A stretch of 63,978 nucleotides of DNA, filler included, from Dimargaris cristalligena (taxonomy: Eukaryota): NCBI GenBank assembly GCA_003614675.1. It is 4 parts of 4 records of this genome, joined end to end, with 100 filler letters (N's around TTAATTAATTAA, not from the genome) between each part and the next. Parts side by side here need not be neighbours in the genome. Positions count along the whole stretch, not along the records: positions 16,525 to 32,943 come from ML002850.1; positions 33,044 to 49,462 come from ML002851.1; 2 more parts are not named here. One strand, 5' to 3'. Positions 22,818 to 35,376 of this stretch are shown here, in pieces. A program made the position numbers and the translations under genes. Position 1 is the stretch's first letter. Each line of letters starts with the position of its first letter. Below the pieces are notes generated by a model. The model ran no database searches, was not told the DNA's origin, and saw only the letters and a program-made list of their open reading frames with translations.

Positions 22818-25804
22818 GTTCTCTGTATATGCTTCGGGTATCGATGTCTATTGGGTATCTTTAAGGCAATTTGTAATAAAGAAAGCGTATAGAACGATTC
22901 CAAGGTTGGGTTTACATCCCAAAACAAAATGCTTATGCGAGCGAGTGGATGGTCTTTGTGGTTATTAATACCCTAATGGGTCGTGGTGTACCTCATGCCA
23001 TGCTGCACTGTAAGTTGTTCAGCGCAATATTGTATATAAATCCCGAGGTGCCAAGTATATTTATCTATGTGCCAAGGAATTTATTAACGAAAGCACGGCG
23101 TTGCCATGGCTTACTCAAATTGTGGTTATCACTTGGCCCACCATAGTGGAGGCTAAAGCTCACCCTCTATTAATAACTTTGGCCGATATTAATGGGTTCT
23201 ACGACTATTATACTGCACCTTTGTTTAATATTTGCTAAGCTGGACCATTGAGCGGCCCATGTATATAGAAGTGTGGGGAAAACTATGAATGATGGATTGG
23301 CATTCAGAACTTTATTGATCCCGTCAGTCTGCATACTTTGTAACGATTGGTTAACTGAATGTCCGCTTGTCATAAAATTAGAATGATGCGGTGTTGGGAC
23401 TACGCCTCTTTCGAATTCGTGACGGACTTTGGGTCGAGGGCTGAAGCCACGCTGCTGCCGTATATTGGACTGTGGGTATCCCGAATAAGGTGGCAATCGC
23501 CGTGCCGCGGACCCACGAATAGGGTTTCATCCTTTTATTACAATTGGCTATTTACCCTACCCAAAACGTCGGAACCATTGGTTATTTTTCTCCGGGGCTG
23601 CTGGGTGACCCAACGCAATGACGGTAGGCCCAACCATTTTTATGGTTAGCAGCCTAACCCCTAGCCAATGTCAGGGTCATAGAAAGGGAGGTGTCCTTGG
23701 ACATGGCCGAATTTTACGTCATGGTTTGGTGTATATATGTTTTTTACTCAATTTTCATTGATTTCAGAGCTAGACCTGGCCCACCAGTCCAGATAAACCA
23801 GCATTGGCTATGGGCATGAAGGTCCAGCTCGATATCAAGCCCAATATTGGGGAGGGGGGCTGCATCCGACGGTACTGCCGAGCCCTTCATTGGTCCTATT
23901 AATTAAGCGCAAGTCATTCGTACGCGGAAAGGACCCCCTGGTTCCACGAGGTGTATGGTGTATTTTTTGGGTTGGTAAACCATGGCCTTCCTCCATCCAC
24001 AAATATGGGAAACAGGTAAGATGTCGATGGGGCCCGCCGTCGCCACGTTGCCTTTTGCCACTGCAGTTTCAATTCCTGTAGACCCTTTTCTGCCTTACTT
24101 TTTTGGTTGGTTTCATAATCCACTCAAACCTTCCATTATTTCTGAAGTCCGCGGCTCGGCCGAAGCACAGGCGACAGTCCCCATTAGGCAACCGCCCAGC
24201 CAATCATCCGTCACCACTATTCTCCCAACCACTCCCCCTCCTGGGCCACTTAGTTTATCTCTATATCTCCAGAAGGGTTCCGCCAACTGCCTGGCTGGCC
24301 CCGCTATTCATGGTCACAGGGTCCGTTTCCTTCATTGTCAGTTTATTTACCACCCTTCCTTCACTCGTCCTTCCCCGGCCACTTGTGAAATGACCTTCCC
24401 ATCTATTCACATGGGTCGGCCGTCTCACACGGGGCTAGTGGTAGTCGGACGTCCTCTCGGCCGTACCGGACTGAACAAATGTAAACAGAGAGATAGGGTG
24501 TATGTAGACGTGCAACAGAAAATAGAACACCCCATGGTGTCTGTGCTTTAATTCAGCACTTGCGTCTGACCGAATGTTCGCTATGCTTGGCCTTTTTTTT
24601 GTTTCGCCGGTTGTTTAGTTGGGTTTGTTTAGGTCATTGCCACCGATAGTACCTCTTACTGCGATATACGGACGAGTAGTACCACCGGGTTTACTCATTC
24701 GGCTAATAAACCGGAAGGATCGACTCATGGGACACACCCTCCGGAAATGGGCCAGCATCAATACAGACAGTTGGTGGAACGAGAAGAAGAAGGGTGGTGA
24801 CTGCAGCCATATGGGCTGCCCGTCGATACATATGCCTGATTTCACGGTGTGTGGGCCAATGAAGGGGGCGCATTGTTCATCTCCACCCAAGCCCCCGGAT
24901 GGATGTCAATGCCCACATCGGACTGCCCAGGGCTGGTGTAGGGGGGGTCTCTAAACTCAGGTACCCCAGCCCTGCGGGTAGATGAAGTATTACATTTTCC
25001 GGACGGGCCATATCGGCTCCATTGGGGTAAACCGAAACGGTAGGGGGACCGGGTCATTCCAAGTCGGAAATGGAAAAGGGGGCATCGGTCGACGCCTACT
25101 CCATGCAGAACACCATACCCCACTGCGGTGGGGTATATAAGGCAAGGCTGGGCCACATCTACCACCGCCTTAATCGCCACTAACTTTTCTGCATTATCAT
25201 ATCATTTTGAGCCCATTTATAATTTAGCATTCCGCTGCCTATTGCTTCAATTACCGCCCATTCCTGTCCATTCTTCCAGCACCAAGGAGTTGCTGGACTT
25301 GTCCACTACCTAGTCATTCCTGTTTTAAGGGCCTGGTCATTTACTCTAGTCTGCTCCGCTCTCCTGTCCGTCGGCTAAGTATGAGAACCAATTCGGCCCT
25401 TTTCCTACCGTGTACAACCTGACCAGTGCCTTTTTGACTTCCATTTTAACCGGAACCCACTGGTCACAGGGGGTCCATAGTAACACCAGCCTATTGTTCG
25501 CAAGAGAATTAATACGGGTGCCCGTGTGCGGATTTACCTTCATCACTTTTTCCAAATTCACTTCGTAAAGAAGCTCGCGGCCCTTGGGTCGTTTCCACTC
25601 AGCTTTACAAAGGGAGGGTGTTTCCCACCTTGAAGCCCTAGTCAATACTTGCGGCCTATTCCCCCCCACTTCTTCTTCTTCCCAATTATTCACAGATTGA
25701 TATCACATTATTTTATTTACATTCTTTTCATTTTCATCCCTCCTCTCACCCAACCCCCGGTATTTTAGTATACATCCCCTTCGGCCAGTCCTGCTCTATA
25801 TTGT

Positions 25805-28800
25805 ATGGCGGACTATACGGACATCCTCTTTAAACTGGGGCTGGTTCTCTTCGTCGGCCTCCTGTACGTGGCGTATAAAATTGGAATAGCGGTGGTGCCC
25901 CACCCAGCCCTTCGATCCATCCCACATGTCCCAGTTCTCGAGTCCCTGAAATCATTGCTTAAAGGGGAAAGCCACTCCGAATTTTACCGGAAATATCTTC
26001 AAGCCGAGCTACGTCGACATGGCATCGTGCGGGTAAGTTTAGATAAAATCCACGTGTACCCGCAGCTACACCTCCCTCCTCCACATACTATGCACTTCCC
26101 TCACTGGGTATTGCCGCGGTCCTAAAATATAAGGGGGGCGGTTTAAGGGGTGGGGGGGGGAGGTGGTGTGAATATAGTGAATAGGAGTTGTGAGGTCATT
26201 TCCCCGTCCGGTATTACCCTACCTTCAGTACTTTAGCACTAGACGTCCCTGCCTCATTCCCTGGAAATCCCACATTGATCCGGGGTGCTGGAGGGAGTCG
26301 AGGTCATCTGAAGCGGTGGGACGGATGCTTCGAACGAACGCCCCCATCACCCTCTCCATCATCTAACACTGCTTGTTCGCCACCCATCCCCTTGCGTTAA
26401 CCATTTAATATTCGGGCATAAATGATACTCATTAGGTTTTTTTTACAGGCCAATGGCTCGTATATATCAATAACCCCACTTACGTAAAGCAGTACTTCTA
26501 TAATATAGGTAGGCTCTTTTTCTAAACCAAATCTGATATTTACTCAAGACTGGTCAAACTTGAATAGCGGGCCTTGCCAGAAACAGTAGCCCTGGCTGCA
26601 TCCTGGTGTACCAACTTTCACAATGCTACCGCTTTATCCTTTCTATTCTATTATATTTTCTATAATGTAGAAATATTCGATCGGCCCGACCCCAATTCGC
26701 TGCTCACCGGGTCTCCTCTCCGATATTTCTTCGGGGACGGCATTCTAGCTGCACATGGTGAGGTAAGAGGGGTGTTATATTTAGAGCGCTATATTCACCG
26801 GTCACCATCATTATGCCATGTTAAGTAGTGAGTTGGTGATGCTGTGAGGTTGGACCCACTGGACGAGTAGCCCATCTGGCCCCAAAGGAGGCCAAGCATC
26901 GACATGCTATTAGTCACTTCAACACCGTCTAAAGGGCGTATCTTTTAACCGGAATCCCACGAAGGTTTGTGAAAACCTTCCCCGAAAAACTTGTACTCGG
27001 TCTCTTTACTAATGTATTGTCCATCTTTCTTGCTCATCAATGGTTATAACTCCCATGGACTGGGGGTTCTACCATCCACTGTAGAACTGGAAGCGGCAAA
27101 GGCGGCTTACTGCACCTGCCTTCCGGCGGAGTTTTTCGACGTCGGTGGTAACAAAATGTGTGCGCCGGCTACTCAATGTAATTGACCTAAAGGACGGCCA
27201 ACCCGTGGATATCGTTTTTCTTTTAAAAAAGTAAGTAGATGGCCCCCCCATCGCATTAGTAATCCTTGTTGGTGGTATTATGTTCTTACAAAGCTTGCCA
27301 AAGATATTGTGGTATTAGGGTATATATTACCACAACCCCTGCGTTTAAGTGTTCTAACCAATTCGCATTGTCTGATTACCTAAAAAACAGGATGACCTTG
27401 GATGTTCTAGGGTTTGAGATCTTCGGGGTCGACTTTCATGTAAGTTTCGGTTACTCGAGGCATCATCGCTACCGATCATGTACATTTTCTAATCGCAATT
27501 GCGCACATTGGAGGTGCCAGTATTCCTCAAGGCACTACATACAATTGGTTTCCTTTATGACTTTATTTGTATATTAATCTTTTTCAAATTCATTTACTTG
27601 AATGCTATTAAATTGGTGTAGGTTACCTCAGACAAACCCAGTGCCTTTTACAATCTCTACAGCGAGATAATCAGCGAAGTGCTGAATCCCCTGTACTTGG
27701 TGTTACCCATTGTAAACCGTCTGCCTTGGCCGGCTCGTTTGCGCTCGCTGAGAAAGATTGCCGAATTTGAAGCCCTTTTGGCCGACACGATCGTCACAAA
27801 GAGCCGGGAAATGAGCCAAGACGCCGACGGCGGTGCCCACGTTATGCATTCTATTGATATTATTACATCGCTGACCAAAGGCCTTGGGGAAGGGGCTGAA
27901 TCTCTATCCACCAAAGAAATCAGGGTAAGAATCCGTGTTTCGCACCCCCATCCTGTCGATAACCGGTAATAGCCGACAGCACTATACGTGAATTAAAATT
28001 CACACAACTCACTTAATCTCACCCTTGATACACGATGTATATCCACCTTAATTACAGGACGGGGTCAACAATCTACTATTTGCGGGTCATGACACAACCG
28101 CCAATGCCTTATCATTCCTTCTATGCCATATGGCCATTTACAAGGTAACCTACCTTGAAGTACCTCGGTATTTTTCCGTATGATGAAGTTTTCTATAATC
28201 TTTCAAGCACCTGTCCCTAATTAGTCACTAATTTTGAACTTCGAACTTCGAACTTCGACTATTCCCATTTTTCATTAACCCGCGGTGTAGGACATCCAAG
28301 TGAAAGCCCGGAATGAGGTCCTCCGCGCCATCGATGCCATGCCGGATACCGCTGACCCTTGGGCTGCCTTTGGTGACGACCAACTCGCTGCCCTTCCCTA
28401 CTGTTTCAACGTTATTCGAGAATCAATGCGCCACGAGCCTGTCATCTCCTGTCTTACCAATCGCAAACTTCGCGGGGCCTACCAGTACGGGGATTACGTT
28501 CTGCCTCCTGGTACCAAAGTGGGCGTTCATATATATGATTTACAGCACAGTCCTGACTACTGGGGTGGGAGCTCCGTAGGGGGATACGATAGGGGAAACG
28601 ATACCGGCGATAGGGAATGCGACCTTGACGCCTTTAGGCCTGAGCGATTTGAAGCCGGCCCTCGGCGTGGGAAACCGGACGGAGTGGTCGCTTGGATTCC
28701 ATTTGCCATGGGCAGCCACCAATGTAAGTAGTCAAAGCTTTCCTTCGCTAAAATGGGCATGAGTGGGCCTTAGCGGCAAGTGATTGCAGATTCTTTGTGT

Positions 28801-29103
28801 ACCATTGCATTGCTAACTTCCGACCCAAATATGTCATGCTTCACTCGACTATAGTGTAAAATAACGCACTAATTACAAATTACCGGTGGTTTGTGGATAT
28901 ACATATTTATATATGCTACGATAGGTGTCGGGATGCAGTTTGCCCTACGTGAAATCCGAACGGCCTTCGCCATGCTTCTCTATCACTACGAATGGCACTT
29001 GCCCAAACACTCCATACATCACAACGGTCTGAAAACTCGATTAGCACCCGTCACCTCAGCCAAGAATCTACAACTATGCTTCATCCGTCGCACCATTATC
29101 TGA
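25805..29103 (+). CDS. Cytochrome P450, 9 exons, ~529 aa
   Basis: Exons 25805-26032, 26436-26508, 26671-26762, 27085-27230, 27391-27439, 27622-27924, 28058-28144, 28291-28723 and 28925-29103. N-terminal TM anchor, WKRQRR, I-helix FAGHDTT, ExxR (ESMR), FRPERF and heme motif FAMGSHQCVG. Confidence 0.95.
28236..28257 (+). repeat. (GAACTTC)x3 short tandem repeat in a P450 intron
   Basis: gaacttcgaacttcgaacttcg read directly. Confidence 0.8.
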
Positions 29104-31980
29104 AACGGGAACCCTTGTTAAGGGTTATATATTCTTATGGCCCTAACTTGGCTGATGCTGTAATATATATATTTTTTATCGAAATAACTAATATGGACGC
29201 AATTGTAAAGATTTGTAATGGGGGCTATATTGAATGGTTATACTGTTAGCATGATCGGAGAAGAGTCACAAAAAAACAGTTGTATGGATTTGCTTTAATA
29301 ATGATTCATATTGAACGCGTAGGAAAACTGGAACTATGTTAGGATGATCATTCAGTTACGGATAGAACAGACGAACTCAATGAATTGGTTCTTCGACTCG
29401 AAAATATTTTTTAGATGACAGGTGTAGTTACAAGTACAACCGAGGGTCTAATTCAGACAAAGCGGGTAGTGATTCGGCGAAGATACTAATGGAATGCCAG
29501 CCTTATAGGTAAATACTGGGTCTTTGTTAAATGACATGACTATCGTTTTCAATCATTAATAGGGATCAATTGACTCAAAATACAAATGTCCAGCACACGG
29601 GAGAAGTATGGTATAGCTGCATTAAACACCAATATAACAAGTCCACCCAAGTAGTATGCCTTAATAGTTAACCACCCAGGTGTCGCGCTTGAAGTCCGAT
29701 GAATAGGAACCTACTAGACTAAATATGTCCGTCAACCGATATGTCTTGGCAATTTGCGGAGGAGGTGAATATAATTAATGAGGGAAGCGCCTAAGCGCGA
29801 CGGGCCAACTAGGGGTGATAGTTTAATATGGCCACTGAATAAACAATGGCTATGATTTGTCGGGTCCAAGGGTAATTCTCTAAATAAGACGGTACTATTA
29901 TTTTTAAACGGTGCAACCCGTCATTTTTCGCCAGGTTTAGCAGTAAATACATTATATGCAACTATAAAAATGACACTTAACATAACTCCTAGTTCATAAA
30001 TATCCGAAAGCAAGAGTCGAATAGTGGCGGGGTTTTGTTCGATCCTGCTGGACGGTACCACACTTCCATATCACTGATCGATTGCATACCGGTAACGACA
30101 GGTCCTAGCAGCCCGGTGTAATTATAGATATATGCCATTGAGTTAGGTTAGCGACGGTCTTGGCCAGGAGTCCAGACTCTTAATGGAACCATTAGACGTT
30201 CGGGAAGTCGGTAGAATTCTGGATTTTGAACCCGGAAAAATGCAAAACAAATAGGGCACTATACCATTTAGTAGCACGAGTATGATTTATTAAATGAAAA
30301 AGAGGTGAGATAGTATGTAATTCTAATAGGATGTATTTCTCTATAAACAAAAAAAGATAGTCAATTAGCCTACTAGAACGCTAAGTGATGAGAAAGAAAG
30401 CAATAGCTGAGTTGTCATTATAAATTGCACGTTCCACTTAAATACAAACGTGAGCTAATCCATTGAAAAAGGTTTATCATTTCTGGGTCTAATTACCTAG
30501 AGGGACCCGTCAGCTCTTGAAGGGTGGAGTGGAAGTCCCCCAGGTTGTATTGATGGCATTGTTGATGTTACTTCTTCCACAGCAACCGAGCACAGCCCCA
30601 CAATTGCGAACGAGGCATCCCCTCCAACTGAGACTAGTACGACCGAACATCAAGATAACCAGGGTCCCGACCATGCACCGACCCTGGTCATGAACGATGG
30701 ATAAAATCCCTCCCATTGTCAACGATTGCCGCGGCCCAGCTCACCTTACCATTGCTACGAGACAATCTGGCCCCAATCCCATCTCGGCCCTTCTAGGAGC
30801 TTCTCTAGGTCTCTACCCATAATAGGGCAAACCATATGGCTATCAGGCATTAACCGCCGCTTGTAGTAGAATCAGAACCGACAACATATAAAGGTCACAA
30901 TGCATCTTACGTTGGAAGTTCTTCAGTTTACTAGCGCTCCTATCGCTATTACTTTCCTTAACATCTATACATCTCGCTTAAAGCATTCCTAATTAATAAA
31001 GGTCGCTCATATTCACTCGCTCATTCAACATTGACATTGGCCAGTTTCACAATCCGAACTGAGGTTTTGATCGGAAATTGTTCTTCCTGACAGGACCATT
31101 AGTAATGGTAGATCTGCAGTCGAATATGACTTAATAGGGGCGCACGAAGCAAATTCACCTCAACAGCACAAAAAAAATGAACTAAGGGTTACCTAATTTG
31201 AAGCAAAACTATGCCAATGCACAGCTGGGGGACCAAATCGACTTCCTTTTTCGACTAGATGAATTGAAGGCAGCCACGTAAAGGAAATAGACTGGCATCA
31301 TGGAATAGGGCAATATGCGGTTGGGTATTTCTAAAGATAGGCCTGCCAATACCGAAAATCCTAGGAGTGACCAGAGAGTGAATATTAAACACCACTAGGC
31401 TCCATTAATTTGTTATTTTGCCGTATTACGTAAGCACAAATATGGCGGCTCTTCCTGGCTCTTAATTATTCCGAGCTTCAAAACATTGGCAGCAGTGCCT
31501 TCAGACAAAATAGGATGTCCGTCGGATGCAACCAACCGACCTTAAGCATCTCAATTCCCGCCATCCCGCAATAGACTTTAAGCGAGGCCAATCCTTGAAA
31601 ATTAATCCATGAATCAACCATTGGTCAGCCCAGTAGATATATCGGGAGGGGATCGACCTAATAATGGTGAGATACCTTTAGCAAGAGTGTAACTTGATCC
31701 TCCTCATAACTATTTCCTATTCGTGTTAGAAGGGGTAAAATACAATTCCGCTGCATGGGATTATGCCTATAGCTAGCCCCCGGATAGGTCGGATATTTGA
31801 GTATAACCCGCAATGCCCGTTTGACCAGGTTGTTAGTTACGGAGTTCGATTGAACCCATCACGTATATAACCAAACACCAATCCCTCTTATCGTTCTGCC
31901 TATTCTCCCCATCTTCCTCAACTCACTATCCTCCCCATACACAACTCGCTCTATCGGACGTTCCACCCCCCACCGCAGCC

Positions 31981-32160
31981 ATGAACACTTCGAGACTCGT
32001 AATGCTAGCGGCTGTTCTCGCACTCATCGTCACTCCGCTTGCATACTCCAAGCCAACCAATGAGTCGCCCAACTCGCCTCCCTCTGCTCAAATCTACCAT
32101 CGGTCTGAGAAACCAAAATTAAACGGGGGTGGGAAGCTTTTGATTTTCAGATTTAAGTAG
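31981..32160 (+). CDS. Small secreted peptide precursor, 59 aa (below the ORF-track cutoff)
   Basis: MNTSRLVMLAAVLALIVTPLAYS|KPTNESPNSPPSAQIYHRSEKPKLNGGGKLLIFRFK*. Strong start context GCAGCCATG, TATATAA at ~31864 and a CT-rich leader. Confidence 0.7.
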   Translation: MNTSRLVMLAAVLALIVTPLAYSKPTNESPNSPPSAQIYHRSEKPKLNGGGKLLIFRFK

Positions 32161-32817
32161 CACCACTAACCCTAACCTCTACAACTACCTTGTGACTGTA
32201 TAGTCATATTCACGTTACACGTCTCTGCTGTATTGCCGATATAGTTACACGTATCTTATGATACCTGTGGGGATGTCTGTGTTTGAGCATATTACCATGT
32301 TCCCGTTTCACTATGGGTATTCACCACGCGCCTACAAAGATTCCCTTAGTTGCTTAATTATTTTGACTGCTCAAAACCCATTGCCTATATAATGGATGTT
32401 ATATTCGACCCGTTTGATAATGATTGTTACCTTGAAATTACCCCGTAATTTCCTAGCCATCTCTGGCATTTCTGTTTTTATGGTGCTTCCCAACCCCTTT
32501 GCCAAGCAGCTGTCTGTTAATCTACAAGGTGTAGTATTCATGTGACCCATATCGCCACTAAATGCCAATCTTCTAGGCCCAGCTCTAAAGCCTTACTACC
32601 CCGTCTAATGCGGTTTCTCTTGTTGATTGCCGTTCATGACTGACACTCTCGCCTCTACAGCTAAACTTGTTGATCTTAGCAATAACAGCCCCACTTACCA
32701 TCACTCCTACTCTTTACTCAATAAATAATGTAATGTTAAACTTCTAGCCCTACTTACCTATGCCTTTGAGGCCCTGTTCTGCATACAGCGGCAGACAACC
32801 TGAGAGTTCAGGAATAC

Positions 32818-32943
32818 ATATTGGAGTAGTTCAACCAGGCTGTATGACGAAAAATCCATTTGATGAGGCAAGTACTACTGGTTGAAAATAAACATCCCAC
32901 CGATTTTCCCATACGCATAACAGTTAAAGCCTTATCAACCAAG
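32818..32943. mobile_element. MITE family copy 3, truncated by the contig end
   Basis: ATATTGGAGTAGTTCAACCAGGCTGTATGACGAAAAATCCATTTGATGAGGCAAGTA... is a near-identical reverse complement of 33044-33100. Confidence 0.85.
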
Positions 32944-33043
32944 NNNNNNNNNNNNNNNNNNNNNNNNNNNNNNNNNNNNNNNNNNNNTTAATTAATTAAN
33001 NNNNNNNNNNNNNNNNNNNNNNNNNNNNNNNNNNNNNNNNNNN
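32944..33043. other. Artificial contig spacer
   Basis: N44-TTAATTAATTAA-N44. Confidence 0.97.
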
Positions 33044-33100
33044 TACTTGCCTCATCAAATGGATTTTTCGTTATACAGCCTTGTTGAACTACTCCCATAT
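33044..33100. mobile_element. MITE family copy 4, terminal fragment at the contig start
   Basis: TACTTGCCTCATCAAATGGATTTTTCGTTATACAGCCTTGTTGAACTACTCCCATAT matches the right end of the 55937-56080 copy. Confidence 0.85.
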
Positions 33101-35376
33101 TCTGCGATGTAATCATGTCCGACGGGTTACGGACTCCGAGTGATTAGTAATGGACCTGCTCCTTGCCACCAACCCCACTCTTCTCTAAAACCCCCTTATT
33201 TCCCTGATATGTATGGATCAGGGTTTGAGAATATACTATTTCTGTGTTTTATTATAAGCTGTACCCAGCTCCCCATCAAATCTCCTTTTCATGTGTTATG
33301 TCCTCTCAATTATTTCGTATACAACCATTCCAATTTGTTTGTTGTAATTGTCCTCTTAATCCATTTCCCTGCGTCGCTCATTGGCATTTCTATGCGTACT
33401 TTCATCCCTTTCCTGGTCCTTATACTATCTTAAATTATTTTCCTTTGCAATAATTAATTGGTCTTTCCGTCCCATTTCTCCCCATTTAACCCATGGGTAG
33501 GGGTCAAAATATAAGTATATAGGGGTCACAGTTTAATATTATATAGCGTTGCGGCAGGACGCTATTATGATTCCGGAAAATTTATCCATCCTCATCAAAA
33601 ATCCCAGGCATATAGCTGTAGTCCCGGCCTTGTATTAAATATTTGTCTAAAAAAATATTAAAGAGCAAGCATCACTAAATCTAGTCCCCAAACTAATTGG
33701 GGCGATTACATGCATTTGAAAATAGGGCATTCATGTGGTCCCTATGGAAACCCTTCTGGCCGGTTGCAATCAGATTTTTCTCTTATTGGACTCGATGCTT
33801 GCCGTTCCTTTGTACTGATTTCGATCTATTTACCTTGGTTATCAGTCCTAGATTGTTTTACTAGAATATGGTTAGGTAAACAGATTCGCGGTCTTGAATA
33901 AATCGTTGCTGTGACAAATTATTTTTATTCCATTAATCAATTAGTATTCAAGAAGGCTCCACGACCACAATAGCCGGGTTAGTGTCTATTCAATTATAGG
34001 CACTCCTTACTAAACCATACAGTCTGACTCTTCCTTGAAAAGCCGTTCTGTTCCCTGTCTTGTGTTTCCCACCACTTTGGCAGTTCATTGAACTTCTCCT
34101 GGGTACTGGGGCATATGCTAATGAGCATTACTTTACTATAGTGTTCATCCCCTGGTCAAAGCCGAAGCCTGAAGGGTTCTATATCAACTGCCCCGGCTGG
34201 CACTTGAAGGCTATTTCCGCCGACCTTTACCCTTAGTAGGTGAGCCGTGCGGATTCAAGTACAGTTGTCCTGATTACCAATGGATATTTTCTGGTATCCG
34301 CCACCTTGATTCCTATACAATACCCTCTTGGTGGTATCTGTTCATAATACTACTCTCCTGGGTCATATTCCCAGCTATTTTTGTTAATGGGGAGTTGTCA
34401 CTCAATGCAATAGGCCTTCTCTATGTACACAACCCCCCGGGCTAATACCCCACCCATGGGTCCCCCCTGTTGACAGATATATCCCCCTTTCTCCCCCACC
34501 TGCCTTGCTATTAATTTGTCCTGGTTGTTGTTATTACTCGGCCTCGTAAACTTTTAGCCAATGGACTCAAGTGCGGTACTCAAGTGATGAGCCCCTTAAG
34601 TAATCTCCAGCCCACGCACTTAGAACTAACCCGTGGAACCCTACTTGACTGGGCGTGGATGTTGGTGTCAATACACCCAAAGTTTGCCTTCATATATGTA
34701 CGTTTTAGCTAACCCCCCCTCCCAGTTTAATCCTGCCTTCACCATTCCTGGTACTCCCATACAGAGGTGTATCTTGTTTGTTCGTGCAGATCGTGTTCCA
34801 ATAAAGGAACATTTCGATTTCCCATTATAATACCTGTTTATCGTAACATTTACAATGGCTGATGATACCGACTCAGAAGTTATATGAATCCAATACCAGT
34901 TACCTAAAGGCGGACTTAACCATGCTTCAATGAAAACAACATAGACCAGTCTGGCTAGTCTCTTAACCATAGCGACAACATTCGGCTTCTTTACAGTCTC
35001 ACAATAACCAACGAAGTTGAAGATGGACGACTCCAGCAGTAAAGGAATACATTTAAGTCCAACCCCAGAAAACTCTATAATTGGCAGCGACCTTTAATTA
35101 AGATGGGATATTGGCAAGTAAGGACGGCATGTCCTAAATAACTTTAAATGTGATTGCTATTTCTTTATTGTGATTTTTTGTTGGGAAATCTATATTGGAA
35201 ACACCTATGTAATATGGTATTAATAGATCGCATGTGTTTGAGTGTGTGTAAGAACAAATATTGGGATTAAAAATTTAAAAAAAGTTCCTTTGATAAGTCC
35301 ACTTAATGGGGTAAAATATAAGACCAAATTTGAGACTGGAGAAGTGCGCAACTAACTATCGGTCAATTTCAAGGGA

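Noticed and set aside
23170..25693. ORFs of 60-189 aa upstream of the P450
   Set aside because: No domains, signal peptides or consistent splice structure; likely intergenic.
30030..30060. GTTCGATCCTGCTGGACGGTACCA resembling a tRNA 3' end or retroelement PBS
   Set aside because: No cloverleaf upstream and no adjacent LTR CA terminus.
32818..33100. Apparent long inverted repeat spanning the N gap
   Set aside because: Two MITE copies on different contigs, juxtaposed by the artificial spacer.
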